Positions 30,081-37,750 of a stretch of 64,000 bases of DNA are shown here, one piece after another; the stretch's first letter is position 1; every line of letters starts with the position of its first letter. Both the position numbers and the translations under genes were made by a program. The stretch is from Candidatus Kerfeldbacteria bacterium (GTDB lineage Bacteria; Patescibacteriota; Patescibacteriia; SBBC01; CAIJZX01). The notes beneath the pieces were generated by a model that searched no databases, had not been told where the DNA came from, and saw only the letters and a program-made list of their open reading frames with translations. Location: contig CAIJZX010000014.1 of NCBI GenBank assembly GCA_903825245.1, positions 1,655 to 65,654 of the forward strand, written 5' to 3'.

Positions 30081-30644
30081 ATGATGGACATGAACGATAT
30101 TCGAGTTGGAACACTCGTCAAAATTGATAACGCGCCGTACGTTTGTTTGTGGTCGGATTTCATGCGCACCGCACAGCGTAAACCGGTTCGACGAACGAAA
30201 CTGAAGAATCTCATTACCGGCGGCGTGCTCGAACAAACCTTCAAGCATGGCGATAAGATTGAAGAAGCTGATGTTGAGCGGACGAAAGCCAGCTTCCTCT
30301 ACGCCGATGATCAGGGCGCGCACTTCATGGACAACACGTCGTATGAACAAGTGACCGTGCCGAAAGAAATGGTTGAGGAACAACTCCACTTTATGAAAGA
30401 CGGCAACGAATACACCGTCGTCAATTTTGAAGGCAAGCCGATTACGATTGAACTGCCGAAGAAAGTAGAATTCAAAGTCACCGATACCTCCGACGTTGTC
30501 CGCGGTGACACCACCGGTGCCGTCCTCAAAGATGCTACGATCGAAACCGGTTACGTCATGAAAGTTCCGCAGTTCGTGAAGACGGGTGATGTCATTCGCA
30601 TCAACACGGAAACCGAAGAATATACGGAACGCGTAACGGAATAA
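30081..30644 (+). CDS. efp: Elongation factor P
   Basis: RTKLKNLITG, HFMDNTSYEQ, RGDT, KVPQFV, INTETEEYTER. Confidence 0.93.
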   Translation: MMDMNDIRVGTLVKIDNAPYVCLWSDFMRTAQRKPVRRTKLKNLITGGVLEQTFKHGDKIEEADVERTKASFLYADDQGAHFMDNTSYEQVTVPKEMVEEQLHFMKDGNEYTVVNFEGKPITIELPKKVEFKVTDTSDVVRGDTTGAVLKDATIETGYVMKVPQFVKTGDVIRINTETEEYTERVTE

Positions 30645-30796
30645 ATTTTCACACACCACCAAGGTACAGCGGTGGGCTTTCCAGCCCACCGCTTTCAGTA
30701 ACGTTAAAATCAAAAAATCATTGACAAAAACGTGTTTTTCTGATATACTAGTATTGTTCTTAAATTAATTTGAGGAATTCACTAACCGCAAACCAT

Positions 30797-31420
30797 ATGC
30801 CAGAAGGAGCCCCAAGTCACGAAGGAGAGGGTGTTGTTGTACACGATGAGACATACCGCGTAACTGATGTCGCCAAAGCTCGCACTATGGCCGCGGATGA
30901 ACGCACTCCAGAAGGTCGCGTAATACATGAGGGTTCGAATCGGGCTCGTAGCGATGCGGAGGTATTTAAGAAATCTGCCGAAGAACGCAAACGTTTATTT
31001 CCAGATACAGAATTTATTACCGATCATAGCGAAAAAGCAAACGAGCTCACAGCCCAAGCGGAAAACATCGAACACAGTAATGGTTTACATTACGAAGCCG
31101 ATAAAATTGTTGATGCGGTCGGTGAAAACGTTTCTTATGAAGCAATTTTTACGTACGAACAACGCGCCGCTGAAGCTCAACGGGATGTTGAGGCACTCCA
31201 ACGAGTATACGAAGGATTATTCGATAAGCCGGGACGTGAACGAGATGCACAGTCACTCAAGCGCTCTCTCAGCGAGACCCAAGACCAGGAACGTATTTAT
31301 CACTACGCCTTTTCTAAACTTCGCGGTAAAGGGATGGAGCAACTTGCGGGCGGGCATAAATTTTGGGATGAGTACAACGATTTTAAAGCAAAGAAGCTGG
31401 CAACGGTTGAAAAGAAATAA
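30797..31420 (+). CDS. Hypothetical charged helical protein
   Basis: ORF behind TTGACA-17nt-TATACT (30721-30749). Confidence 0.7.
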   Translation: MPEGAPSHEGEGVVVHDETYRVTDVAKARTMAADERTPEGRVIHEGSNRARSDAEVFKKSAEERKRLFPDTEFITDHSEKANELTAQAENIEHSNGLHYEADKIVDAVGENVSYEAIFTYEQRAAEAQRDVEALQRVYEGLFDKPGRERDAQSLKRSLSETQDQERIYHYAFSKLRGKGMEQLAGGHKFWDEYNDFKAKKLATVEKK

Positions 31421-31435
31421 TATCCTTTCATTCTA

Positions 31436-31465
31436 AAAAGCAGCGAGCCTAGACTCGCTGCTTTT
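31436..31465. terminator. Bidirectional intrinsic terminator
   Basis: AAAAGCAGCGAG-cctaga-CTCGCTGCTTTT between convergent genes. Confidence 0.8.
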
Positions 31466-31475
31466 GTAATTCATT

Positions 31476-32567
31476 TTATTCCGCCTTCTCTTCCGCCGGT
31501 TCGTCAGCAACCGCCGCCGGTTTTGTTCCAGCATCATCTTCCGCTTGGCGGTCTTTCGCTACTTCAAGAACCTTCTTCCGAAGCTCATCGATAATTTTTG
31601 GATTATCTTGCAAATATTGCTTCGAGGCTTCGCGGCCAACGCCGAATTTAATTTCACCGTAGGAAACGGTGTTACCGGATTTCGTCAGCACACCGTAGAG
31701 CAACGCCGTGTCGAGTACATCGGATACCAGTGAAATCCCTTGGTTGTACATGATGTCGAACTCAGCTACGCGGAACGGAGCGGCGACTTTGTTCTTCACA
31801 ATTTTCGCCTTGGTGCGGTTGCCGATAATCTTATCACCGAGTTTCAACTGACCAATGCGGCGAACTTCGATACGAACCGAGCAGTAGAATTTCAAGGCTG
31901 TCCCACCAGTCGTCGTTTCCGGATTACCGAAGAAGACGCCGATCTTCATGCGCGTCTGGTTGATGAAGATAACGATGGTTTTCGTCTTTGACACGATGGC
32001 CGTGAGCTTACGCAATGCTTGCGACATCAATCGCGCTTGCAAGCCCATATGTGAATCGCCCATCTCACCTTCAATTTCCGCTTTTGGCGTTAAGGCCGCG
32101 ACCGAGTCAATGACGACGACGTCAACCGCATTCGAGCGCACCAGTGTTTCCACGATTTCTAACGCTTGTTCACCTGAGTCCGGTTGTGAGATTAAGAGTT
32201 CATCAACATTCACGCCAATCTTTCGCGCGTAGCTTGGATCAAGAGCGTGTTCGGCATCAACGAAGGCGGCGGTTCCGCCGGCGCGCTGTACTTCCGCCAC
32301 AATGTGTTGTGCCAACGTGGTTTTTCCCGACGCTTCCGGTCCGAAGATTTCAATCACCCGACCGCGCGGCACGCCGCCCACGCCGAGCGCTAAATCTAAC
32401 GACAAACATCCCGTGGAGACGACATCGACGTCCATCGCCCGGGCTTCACTAAATTTCATAATCGATCCTTCACCGAAACGCTCTCGGATCTGATCGACCG
32501 CCGTTTGCGCGGCCGCATTTTTTATCTTACCGGCGTCAGCACCGGCGCTTTTTTGGCTCTTGGCCAT
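31476..32567 (-). CDS. recA: Recombinase RecA
   Basis: [48 protein letters not shown]. Confidence 0.98.
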   Translation of the reverse strand: MAKSQKSAGADAGKIKNAAAQTAVDQIRERFGEGSIMKFSEARAMDVDVVSTGCLSLDLALGVGGVPRGRVIEIFGPEASGKTTLAQHIVAEVQRAGGTAAFVDAEHALDPSYARKIGVNVDELLISQPDSGEQALEIVETLVRSNAVDVVVIDSVAALTPKAEIEGEMGDSHMGLQARLMSQALRKLTAIVSKTKTIVIFINQTRMKIGVFFGNPETTTGGTALKFYCSVRIEVRRIGQLKLGDKIIGNRTKAKIVKNKVAAPFRVAEFDIMYNQGISLVSDVLDTALLYGVLTKSGNTVSYGEIKFGVGREASKQYLQDNPKIIDELRKKVLEVAKDRQAEDDAGTKPAAVADEPAEEKAE

Positions 32568-32632
32568 ATGGTTATTCCTTTCTTACCGCACGTCTTCCCA
32601 CAAATCGGGGACAGTCGGGGTTTAATGAATTA

Positions 32633-32661
32633 ATGATACCCGAAGAATAACCGAATGTCAA
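32633..32661 (-). promoter_or_regulatory. recA promoter
   Basis: TTGACA-17nt-TATCAT on the minus strand. Confidence 0.75.
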
Positions 32662-32705
32662 CAAAAGATATCCACAAGCTTTTTATGTCGTAATAATGCG
32701 GTATT

Positions 32706-32806
32706 TCGGCCCTCTCCTTGGATAAGGGGAGGTGAAGGAGGGGTCACAAAACCACCATTTTTTCACCACCTCCCCTTCACCCCTCCTCGGCTGAGGAGGG
32801 GGCCGG
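32706..32806. repeat. Inverted doublet of the REP-like element
   Basis: Copy at 32706-32744 (+) and copy at 32767-32806 (-), 22 nt apart. Confidence 0.8.
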
Positions 32807-32814
32807 ATTGGGTC

Positions 32815-32843
32815 TTGACAAAATCCCCTACTTGTCCTATACT
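32815..32843 (+). promoter_or_regulatory. Promoter at the head of the small-ORF array
   Basis: TTGACA-17nt-TATACT, followed by GTTCTTTAAA. Confidence 0.8.
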
Positions 32844-32995
32844 GTCCAGTTCTTTAAATCCATAAATTACTTCTACTTCGCCCACGTGAGCAGACGCGGC
32901 GCGAACGACGGGTGCGTTGTCTTGATTACTCTGCTCATGTAGTCACTACGACGCACCCGTTTTTCGTTCAGACTTCATTTACCATAGGAGGATGT

Positions 32996-33205
32996 GTGAC
33001 TGCCCTAGAACGTGACACACGTGTGTCCATCATCATCGGAATCGCTGCCCTCTGTAGCATTACCTTGGTGGTTGGCGGAACTATGGCCAAATGTATCGGT
33101 ATGGCCACCAAGTGCGCAGGCGTGGTGATTGGTGGCGGCATCATCGCTGCCGTTTGTGTCGCCGCCTGGGGCTTGTACAGGTCTTATCAGACCACACGAA
33201 AGTAG
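32996..33205 (+). CDS. Array ORF1: small membrane protein (69 aa)
   Basis: AGGAGG before GTG; two hydrophobic segments. Confidence 0.6.
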   Translation: MTALERDTRVSIIIGIAALCSITLVVGGTMAKCIGMATKCAGVVIGGGIIAAVCVAAWGLYRSYQTTRK

Positions 33206-33363
33206 CTCGTACCATCTACACAGATGTAAAACGTGAGGGAGGGAGAACAGCCACGTTTTCCTCCCACTCTCACATGAATTGATCACTACTGGTCACATCA
33301 TGCGAGAGGTCTGTACCTTGACTCTCAATAAAGAAAATACTGCGTTCCCGTTTTTCGTTCAAC
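33203..33363 (+). repeat. Structured intergenic repeat R1 (type A)
   Basis: 45 bp identical to R2 and 92 bp identical to R3. Confidence 0.92.
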
Positions 33364-33386
33364 GTACTTCAACAAAGGGACACCCA

Positions 33387-33557
33387 ATGCTTCGTTCATT
33401 GGCACTGCTGGCTTGGATATGTCTCGCGTCATTAATCCATGACTGCGAAAGATACGTCTGGCGCTGCAAGGTGAAGAGACTTCGGAAGACACTCAATGGT
33501 CGAAATCATGAGTTGGATGTCTTCTTGAAGAATCTCGAGGAATACTACGCGATGTAG
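33387..33557 (+). CDS. Array ORF2: small protein with hydrophobic N-terminus (56 aa)
   Basis: AAGGGA RBS; fills the gap between R1 and R2. Confidence 0.55.
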   Translation: MLRSLALLAWICLASLIHDCERYVWRCKVKRLRKTLNGRNHELDVFLKNLEEYYAM

Positions 33558-33715
33558 TTCGTACCGTCGCCACACGACGTAAACAAGTGAGGGAGGGAGA
33601 ACAGCCACGTTTTCCTCCCACTCTCACATGATTTGGTCACCGTTGGTCACATCATGCGAGAGGTCTGTACCTTGACTCTCAATGAAGAAAATAGCACTCC
33701 CGTTTTTCGTTCAAC
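33555..33715 (+). repeat. Structured intergenic repeat R2 (type A)
   Basis: Same architecture as R1 with pairing-preserving substitutions. Confidence 0.92.
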
Positions 33716-33748
33716 GCTGTGAACCCATACAGCCCTTGGAGGATCATC

Positions 33749-33949
33749 ATGGTTCCTCATCCGCTCAAGCTCAAGCGTGATGAACAGTACCTGCAGAGCA
33801 GTATTGCTCTTCTGATCACGGTTGTCCCCATCGTCGTCATCGTGAGGTATGGCTGGCATGGTTATGCCGTATTATACCTGATCGCCCTCATCATCTTCGC
33901 GATCTACAAGTTCGTCAGGGGCATGATGATCAAGGTCCCGAAGAGCTAG
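33749..33949 (+). CDS. Array ORF3: two-TM membrane protein (66 aa)
   Basis: GGAGG RBS; MVPHPLKLKRDEQYLQSSIALLITVV. Confidence 0.65.
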   Translation: MVPHPLKLKRDEQYLQSSIALLITVVPIVVIVRYGWHGYAVLYLIALIIFAIYKFVRGMMIKVPKS

Positions 33950-34119
33950 CCCGCACCATCGCCTCGCGATGAAATTTGTGAGGGAGGATTGAGGAGGGTT
34001 TACCTTTTCTCTTCTCCCTCACCCCTCACATGAATTGATCACTACTGGTCACATCATGCGAGAGGTCTGTACCTTGACTCTCAATAAAGAAAATACTGCG
34101 TTCCCGTTTTTCGTTCCAC
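33947..34119 (+). repeat. Structured intergenic repeat R3 (type A)
   Basis: 3' 92 bp identical to R1; different 5' hairpin. Confidence 0.92.
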
Positions 34120-34137
34120 GCCAATTCGGAGGTCATC

Positions 34138-34308
34138 ATGAGGATGGGCACGTTCAGCACGATCGAGCGAATTATGGAGGACAACGGACTACCGGTTCCA
34201 AGCGGGCGAGGAAATGAGAAGCTCAACGAAATCGCAAGAATCGTCGAGACTCACGAAATGCCTGAGGATGTCCGACAGCGTCTTCGTAACTTGCTCGCCC
34301 TTCGCTGA
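34138..34308 (+). CDS. Array ORF4: small helical protein (56 aa, below ORF-track cutoff)
   Basis: GGAGG RBS; manual translation MRMGTFSTIERIMEDNGLPVPSGRGNEKLNEIARIVETHEMPEDVRQRLRNLLALR. Confidence 0.6.
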   Translation: MRMGTFSTIERIMEDNGLPVPSGRGNEKLNEIARIVETHEMPEDVRQRLRNLLALR

Positions 34309-34366
34309 CTCAACGACAAGCAACGCACAAGTTTTCGTTCACACTTCTCGCTACGGAGGTTACACC

Positions 34367-34615
34367 ATGTCGTCCAATCCGATGACGTCGGAGCAGAAGG
34401 TTACGCAACTCCTGGTAGCGCTCGTGTTGACCATTCTTGGTCTGCCGATCGCCGCGCTTGGTGGTTACGGCATCTACTTTGCCTTCACCAATACCGGTGC
34501 CGATCCCGGCCTCGGATCAGCGGCCATTCTGGTCTTCTGCGTCGGCATCGGCGCTATCGGCATCGCCATCAAGCTGACCAACGATGCGCGTCGGGCGAAG
34601 ACGAGTCCGATCTAG
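34367..34615 (+). CDS. Array ORF5: two-TM membrane protein (82 aa)
   Basis: GGAGGT RBS, preceded by a GTTTTCGTTCA tail remnant. Confidence 0.7.
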   Translation: MSSNPMTSEQKVTQLLVALVLTILGLPIAALGGYGIYFAFTNTGADPGLGSAAILVFCVGIGAIGIAIKLTNDARRAKTSPI

Positions 34616-34730
34616 ATGCACCTTGAGATAAGGGGGACCCGCGAGTTCCCTTCTCACTCGACTTGAGAACTAATCCAATAGTTGTCCGGTCAAGTGAGAA
34701 AACCAAAGTAACATCGTTCCGTCACAATCA
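34616..34730 (+). repeat. Structured intergenic repeat R4 (type B)
   Basis: Hairpin, then TTCTCACTCGAC...GTCAAGTGAGAA (34651-34700), A-tract, TCGTTCCGTCACAA. Confidence 0.8.
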
Positions 34731-34745
34731 AATCTGGAGGATACA

Positions 34746-35105
34746 ATGACCAATCTGGCTTTGGCTGTCACTGTTATTGGCGCCGCCGCTGTCATCGTGG
34801 TTGTCTGGCGCTTCATGCGTCACAAGTTCCGCAACGACGAGATCGCTGTTCCGGACGAACCCACGCCGCCGCAACCGGTCTATAACGATAGGCCCGTGAT
34901 CGAGGCTGAAGAAATCGGTCACGGCGTTTACGAGATCGGGTTCTACGGACGCTTCGATGGGGTCCTGATGGACGTCTTTCCGGAATCCCTCGCCGCCTTC
35001 GTCAAGCAGCACCCCGAGTTGCGGATCATCAGCGTCTGCACCGGACGTGAATCCAGTTACAATGGCTTCACTTCCAGTATGGTTGTGTTGACCGAACTGC
35101 GTTAA
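34746..35105 (+). CDS. Array ORF6: membrane-anchored hypothetical protein (119 aa)
   Basis: GGAGG RBS; N-terminal TM. Confidence 0.75.
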   Translation: MTNLALAVTVIGAAAVIVVVWRFMRHKFRNDEIAVPDEPTPPQPVYNDRPVIEAEEIGHGVYEIGFYGRFDGVLMDVFPESLAAFVKQHPELRIISVCTGRESSYNGFTSSMVVLTELR

Positions 35106-35234
35106 GCACCTTCAACTCGAGCCACCCGGCTCATTGAGAGGATGGATAGCCACATCGTCCTCCTTTCACTCGAGTATTGCAAGCAATTGAAATATTCAAG
35201 CGAAACACAGAAAATAGAAACTGCTCTTCACAAC
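35106..35234 (+). repeat. Structured intergenic repeat R5 (type B)
   Basis: Hairpin with AGCCAC loop as in R1/R2, TTTCACTCGAG...TTCAAGCGAAA stem capped by GCAA, TGCTCTTCACAA. Confidence 0.8.
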
Positions 35235-35250
35235 ACTAGGAGGTTCAAGG

Positions 35251-35484
35251 ATGGACATTCCTGCGTTTCACAGCGTTACGGCTCACAAAGAACATGAATG
35301 TTGTGAATGCCACGAGCGGATTCTTCCGAAGGAGAGGTGCTGGATTCAGTACTGGCCGGATGCTCGTCAGCGTCGGTGGAAGAATGTTTTTACCTGCTCT
35401 CACTGTCGTCCGCAACACGAAGTACCGGCACAGCCTACGCCGGCACCTCAGCCGATCAAGTCTCAGCAGTTGTTGCTTCTGTAG
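35251..35484 (+). CDS. Array ORF7: small zinc-finger-like protein (77 aa)
   Basis: AGGAGGT RBS; CCEC...CSHC. Confidence 0.7.
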   Translation: MDIPAFHSVTAHKEHECCECHERILPKERCWIQYWPDARQRRWKNVFTCSHCRPQHEVPAQPTPAPQPIKSQQLLLL

Positions 35485-35508
35485 CCCACCTCAACAAGGA
35501 GCTCCAAA

Positions 35509-35967
35509 ATGGAATTCGTCGGGAAGAAGTTCGTGTTGTGGCCATACATGCCGGACATGCCCAGCGTGCAGTATCGCGACCAGCATGGCATTCTCCATTG
35601 GGGTCGACGCATCGAGAGAGAAATCGTCGTCACAATCGAAAATGAATCGACAAATGCGTCAGGACACGGCACCGACCTCGTCGCTCGTGACAAGGACGGC
35701 ATGCTGTATCAGTCGACCTGGGACGAGAGCAATTCCCGTCCCTACCGCGTCTGGTGGTACGTCGAGGGCGGCCGTGTGATCCTGCTCACGAATGCGATCA
35801 ATCTCTACAACGAACGTCCGACCGCATTCATCCGTCCCGATGGCACCCGCGCTGTCCCGGCAATCGCCACGGTCTGCGCCAAACATGACGAGGTATGCTT
35901 GTCGAATGGCGAATGCCCCATGTGCATGATGGAGAAGCATCGCGCCAAGCTGCAAGGTTCCGTCTAG
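35509..35967 (+). CDS. Array ORF8: hypothetical protein with C-terminal Cys/His cluster (152 aa)
   Basis: AAGGAG RBS; CAKH...CPMC. Confidence 0.75.
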   Translation: MEFVGKKFVLWPYMPDMPSVQYRDQHGILHWGRRIEREIVVTIENESTNASGHGTDLVARDKDGMLYQSTWDESNSRPYRVWWYVEGGRVILLTNAINLYNERPTAFIRPDGTRAVPAIATVCAKHDEVCLSNGECPMCMMEKHRAKLQGSV

Positions 35968-36110
35968 ACCTCCTAGCTGTTCTCGCCTGCCGCGCAATTC
36001 TACGTTCACTTCGGTGGATATGGATTGCGCGGCGGGCTCTCACTCGAGCGTTTCACAACCGTGGAACGTTCAAGTGAGAAAACGAAAAGAAATACTGTTC
36101 TGTCACAATT
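35968..36110 (+). repeat. Structured intergenic repeat R6 (type B)
   Basis: GCCTGCCGCGCAAT/ATTGCGCGGCGGGC hairpin, TCTCACTCGAG...TTCAAGTGAGA (36038-36079), A-tract, CTGTTCTGTCACAA. Confidence 0.85.
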
Positions 36111-36141
36111 CATCGCTTTACGCGAAGAGAGGAGCAGCATA

Positions 36142-36570
36142 ATGAGTTTGCTTGCGGCTTGTTTGTTGATCGCGGCCGTAGTGTTCCTGGTGGTAGCCAT
36201 TTTTCAGGATCGGGCGCGGTTTCGTGAGTTGGAAAAAAGGAGGAATCTGGAGCGGTGCGAATCACGGCACGCGCAAAACTTCCTCGAGCTGGAGATCAAG
36301 ATCCTCCGATATGTTCATGGCCACAAGCGCCTGCCCAAGAACATGGACCTTGTGCGCGGCATGAATATGAACCCGGATTATACCAACCCCTTCAGCGGAA
36401 ATCCGGCCAATGTCAATGACGTGACCGGGCTGGAGGAGATGCGAATCATCCTGCCCCATGATCTGACGTTCGAGATCTTGGCTCCGGAAGGTCCCGGATC
36501 GGAACGATGTGTCATCGCCCTGAATGATGCAAACGGCCAAGTGATGTGTCGGAGGACCATTTACGCGTAA
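36142..36570 (+). CDS. Array ORF9: membrane-anchored protein, loosely pilin/pseudopilin-like topology (142 aa)
   Basis: AGGAG RBS; N-terminal TM, long helix, NPFSG; no prepilin cleavage motif. Confidence 0.65.
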   Translation: MSLLAACLLIAAVVFLVVAIFQDRARFRELEKRRNLERCESRHAQNFLELEIKILRYVHGHKRLPKNMDLVRGMNMNPDYTNPFSGNPANVNDVTGLEEMRIILPHDLTFEILAPEGPGSERCVIALNDANGQVMCRRTIYA

Positions 36571-36723
36571 ACCGAGATCACAACCAACTGGTTTTCGAGA
36601 GATTTTCCCTGGCTCACGCCAAAAATAATCTCTCAGTTTCACTCGAGCGTTTCAGCGCCGCCTGCTCGCGGAACTGGAGCGCTCAAGTGAGAAAAGAAAA
36701 TTGTAAAAACCGTTCATTCCAAC
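36571..36723 (+). repeat. Structured intergenic repeat R7 (type B)
   Basis: GAGAGATT/AATCTCTC hairpin, TTTCACTCGAG...CTCAAGTGAGA, A-tract, CCGTTCATTCCAAC. Confidence 0.85.
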
Positions 36724-36737
36724 TGAAGGAGAGTGCT

Positions 36738-37421
36738 ATGTCCACTTGTGCGCAGGAGGAATTCCTAGCCACACACGTCACATGTCGACCATATCGAGTG
36801 TCTGATCGGCGGGAAATTCGTCAGCTGATGTGTAATACCGCAATTATGGGCAATCCGATCGACCTGCAATGCACCGATCGCGAGCTCATTGCCGATTTGT
36901 TCACCCGGTACTACACCGACGTCACGCCGGGATGGATCTGGGTGCTCGAATTTCGCGGACGCCTCGTCGGTTACCTGATGGGTTGTCCGGACACGAAGCT
37001 GTTCCAGAAGTATATGGACGACGTCTACCCCAGTATCCTGCTCGGCGTCCTGCGTCGCGGATCGCTCTTCCGTTCCGGTTCAGCCGGCTTTCTGTGGCGG
37101 ACAATCGGAGACATTCTCGGAAAGGTACTTCGTCGCGAACCGCTCGAGTATTACAATCCGGCGTTTCCGGCTCACGCTCACCTGAATGTTTTGCCCGAAG
37201 GTCGTTCATCTACGTACCAGCTCGCTGCCCGATTTCTGAAGCAGCTCAGACAGCATAATGTGCCTGGGATCATGGTTGAAATCTGGGCCGAGAATGCCCA
37301 CATGGCCACCCTGCTGGAACACCATCGTTTTCAGAAGGTCCATTCCACCACCATGCCCGGCATGCGTCAGTCGAACGGTTATCCGTACCATGTCGCCACC
37401 TACGTCCGATCGCTGTTGTAG
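36738..37421 (+). CDS. Array ORF10: GNAT-family N-acetyltransferase-like protein
   Basis: AAGGAG RBS; RPYRVSDRREI, GRLVGYLMG, FPAHAHLNVLPEGR, ENAH...RFQK. Confidence 0.75.
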   Translation: MSTCAQEEFLATHVTCRPYRVSDRREIRQLMCNTAIMGNPIDLQCTDRELIADLFTRYYTDVTPGWIWVLEFRGRLVGYLMGCPDTKLFQKYMDDVYPSILLGVLRRGSLFRSGSAGFLWRTIGDILGKVLRREPLEYYNPAFPAHAHLNVLPEGRSSTYQLAARFLKQLRQHNVPGIMVEIWAENAHMATLLEHHRFQKVHSTTMPGMRQSNGYPYHVATYVRSLL

Positions 37422-37448
37422 CCTCACCCCTCACACAAGGAGCCGCAC

Positions 37449-37730
37449 GTGATCCAGTGGATGCTGTTGCTGGTAATTCTGGCTATGTTCTTCTCGCTCA
37501 TCAACAGCCGCGACAAAGGGTTGGACCAGATCATTTCCGGCTGGGTCATCTGGACTGGCTGGCTGTGGATTCTCATTCCCGGCGCCATGTTCGGCAACGA
37601 GATTCTCCGTTCGATCGGTGCACCGAATATCCGGATCTTCCAGTCCGGGTCGTGGCAGCCGCTCGGTCCGATGGTTCTCGGCGCGATCCTGCTCTTTTCC
37701 TGGCATCGCCGCCAGGCCAAACACAACTAA
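37449..37730 (+). CDS. Array ORF11: multi-TM membrane protein (93 aa)
   Basis: AAGGAG RBS before GTG; three hydrophobic segments. Confidence 0.65.
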   Translation: MIQWMLLLVILAMFFSLINSRDKGLDQIISGWVIWTGWLWILIPGAMFGNEILRSIGAPNIRIFQSGSWQPLGPMVLGAILLFSWHRRQAKHN

Positions 37731-37750
37731 CCTTCGGGTTAGTTTTTTTT
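37725..37750 (+). terminator. Intrinsic terminator closing the array
   Basis: AACTAACC-TTCG-GGTTAGTT followed by a T-run. Confidence 0.8.

Noticed and set aside
32639-32655. SOS (LexA) box in the recA promoter
   Set aside because: TTCGG-N6-TTCGG only loosely resembles known boxes, and I did not find it upstream of uvrA, uvrB or uvrC.
33203-34119. CRISPR array
   Set aside because: Repeats are about 160-170 bp, the spacers are whole ORFs, and no cas genes are in the window.
33279-34217. ORF-track ORFs beginning MITTGHIMREV
   Set aside because: They start inside the repeats without an RBS; SD-led starts lie downstream at 33387 and 34138.
33203-36723. Hammerhead ribozymes or internal promoters in the repeats
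   Set aside because: No CUGAnGA/GAAA core, and the TTGACT in R1-3 has no -10 at 16-18 nt.
32815-37750. Classical integron with attC sites
   Set aside because: No RYYYAAC...GTTRRRY cores bound the repeats and there is no tyrosine recombinase. The one look-alike (37725-37744) is a TTCG-capped terminator.
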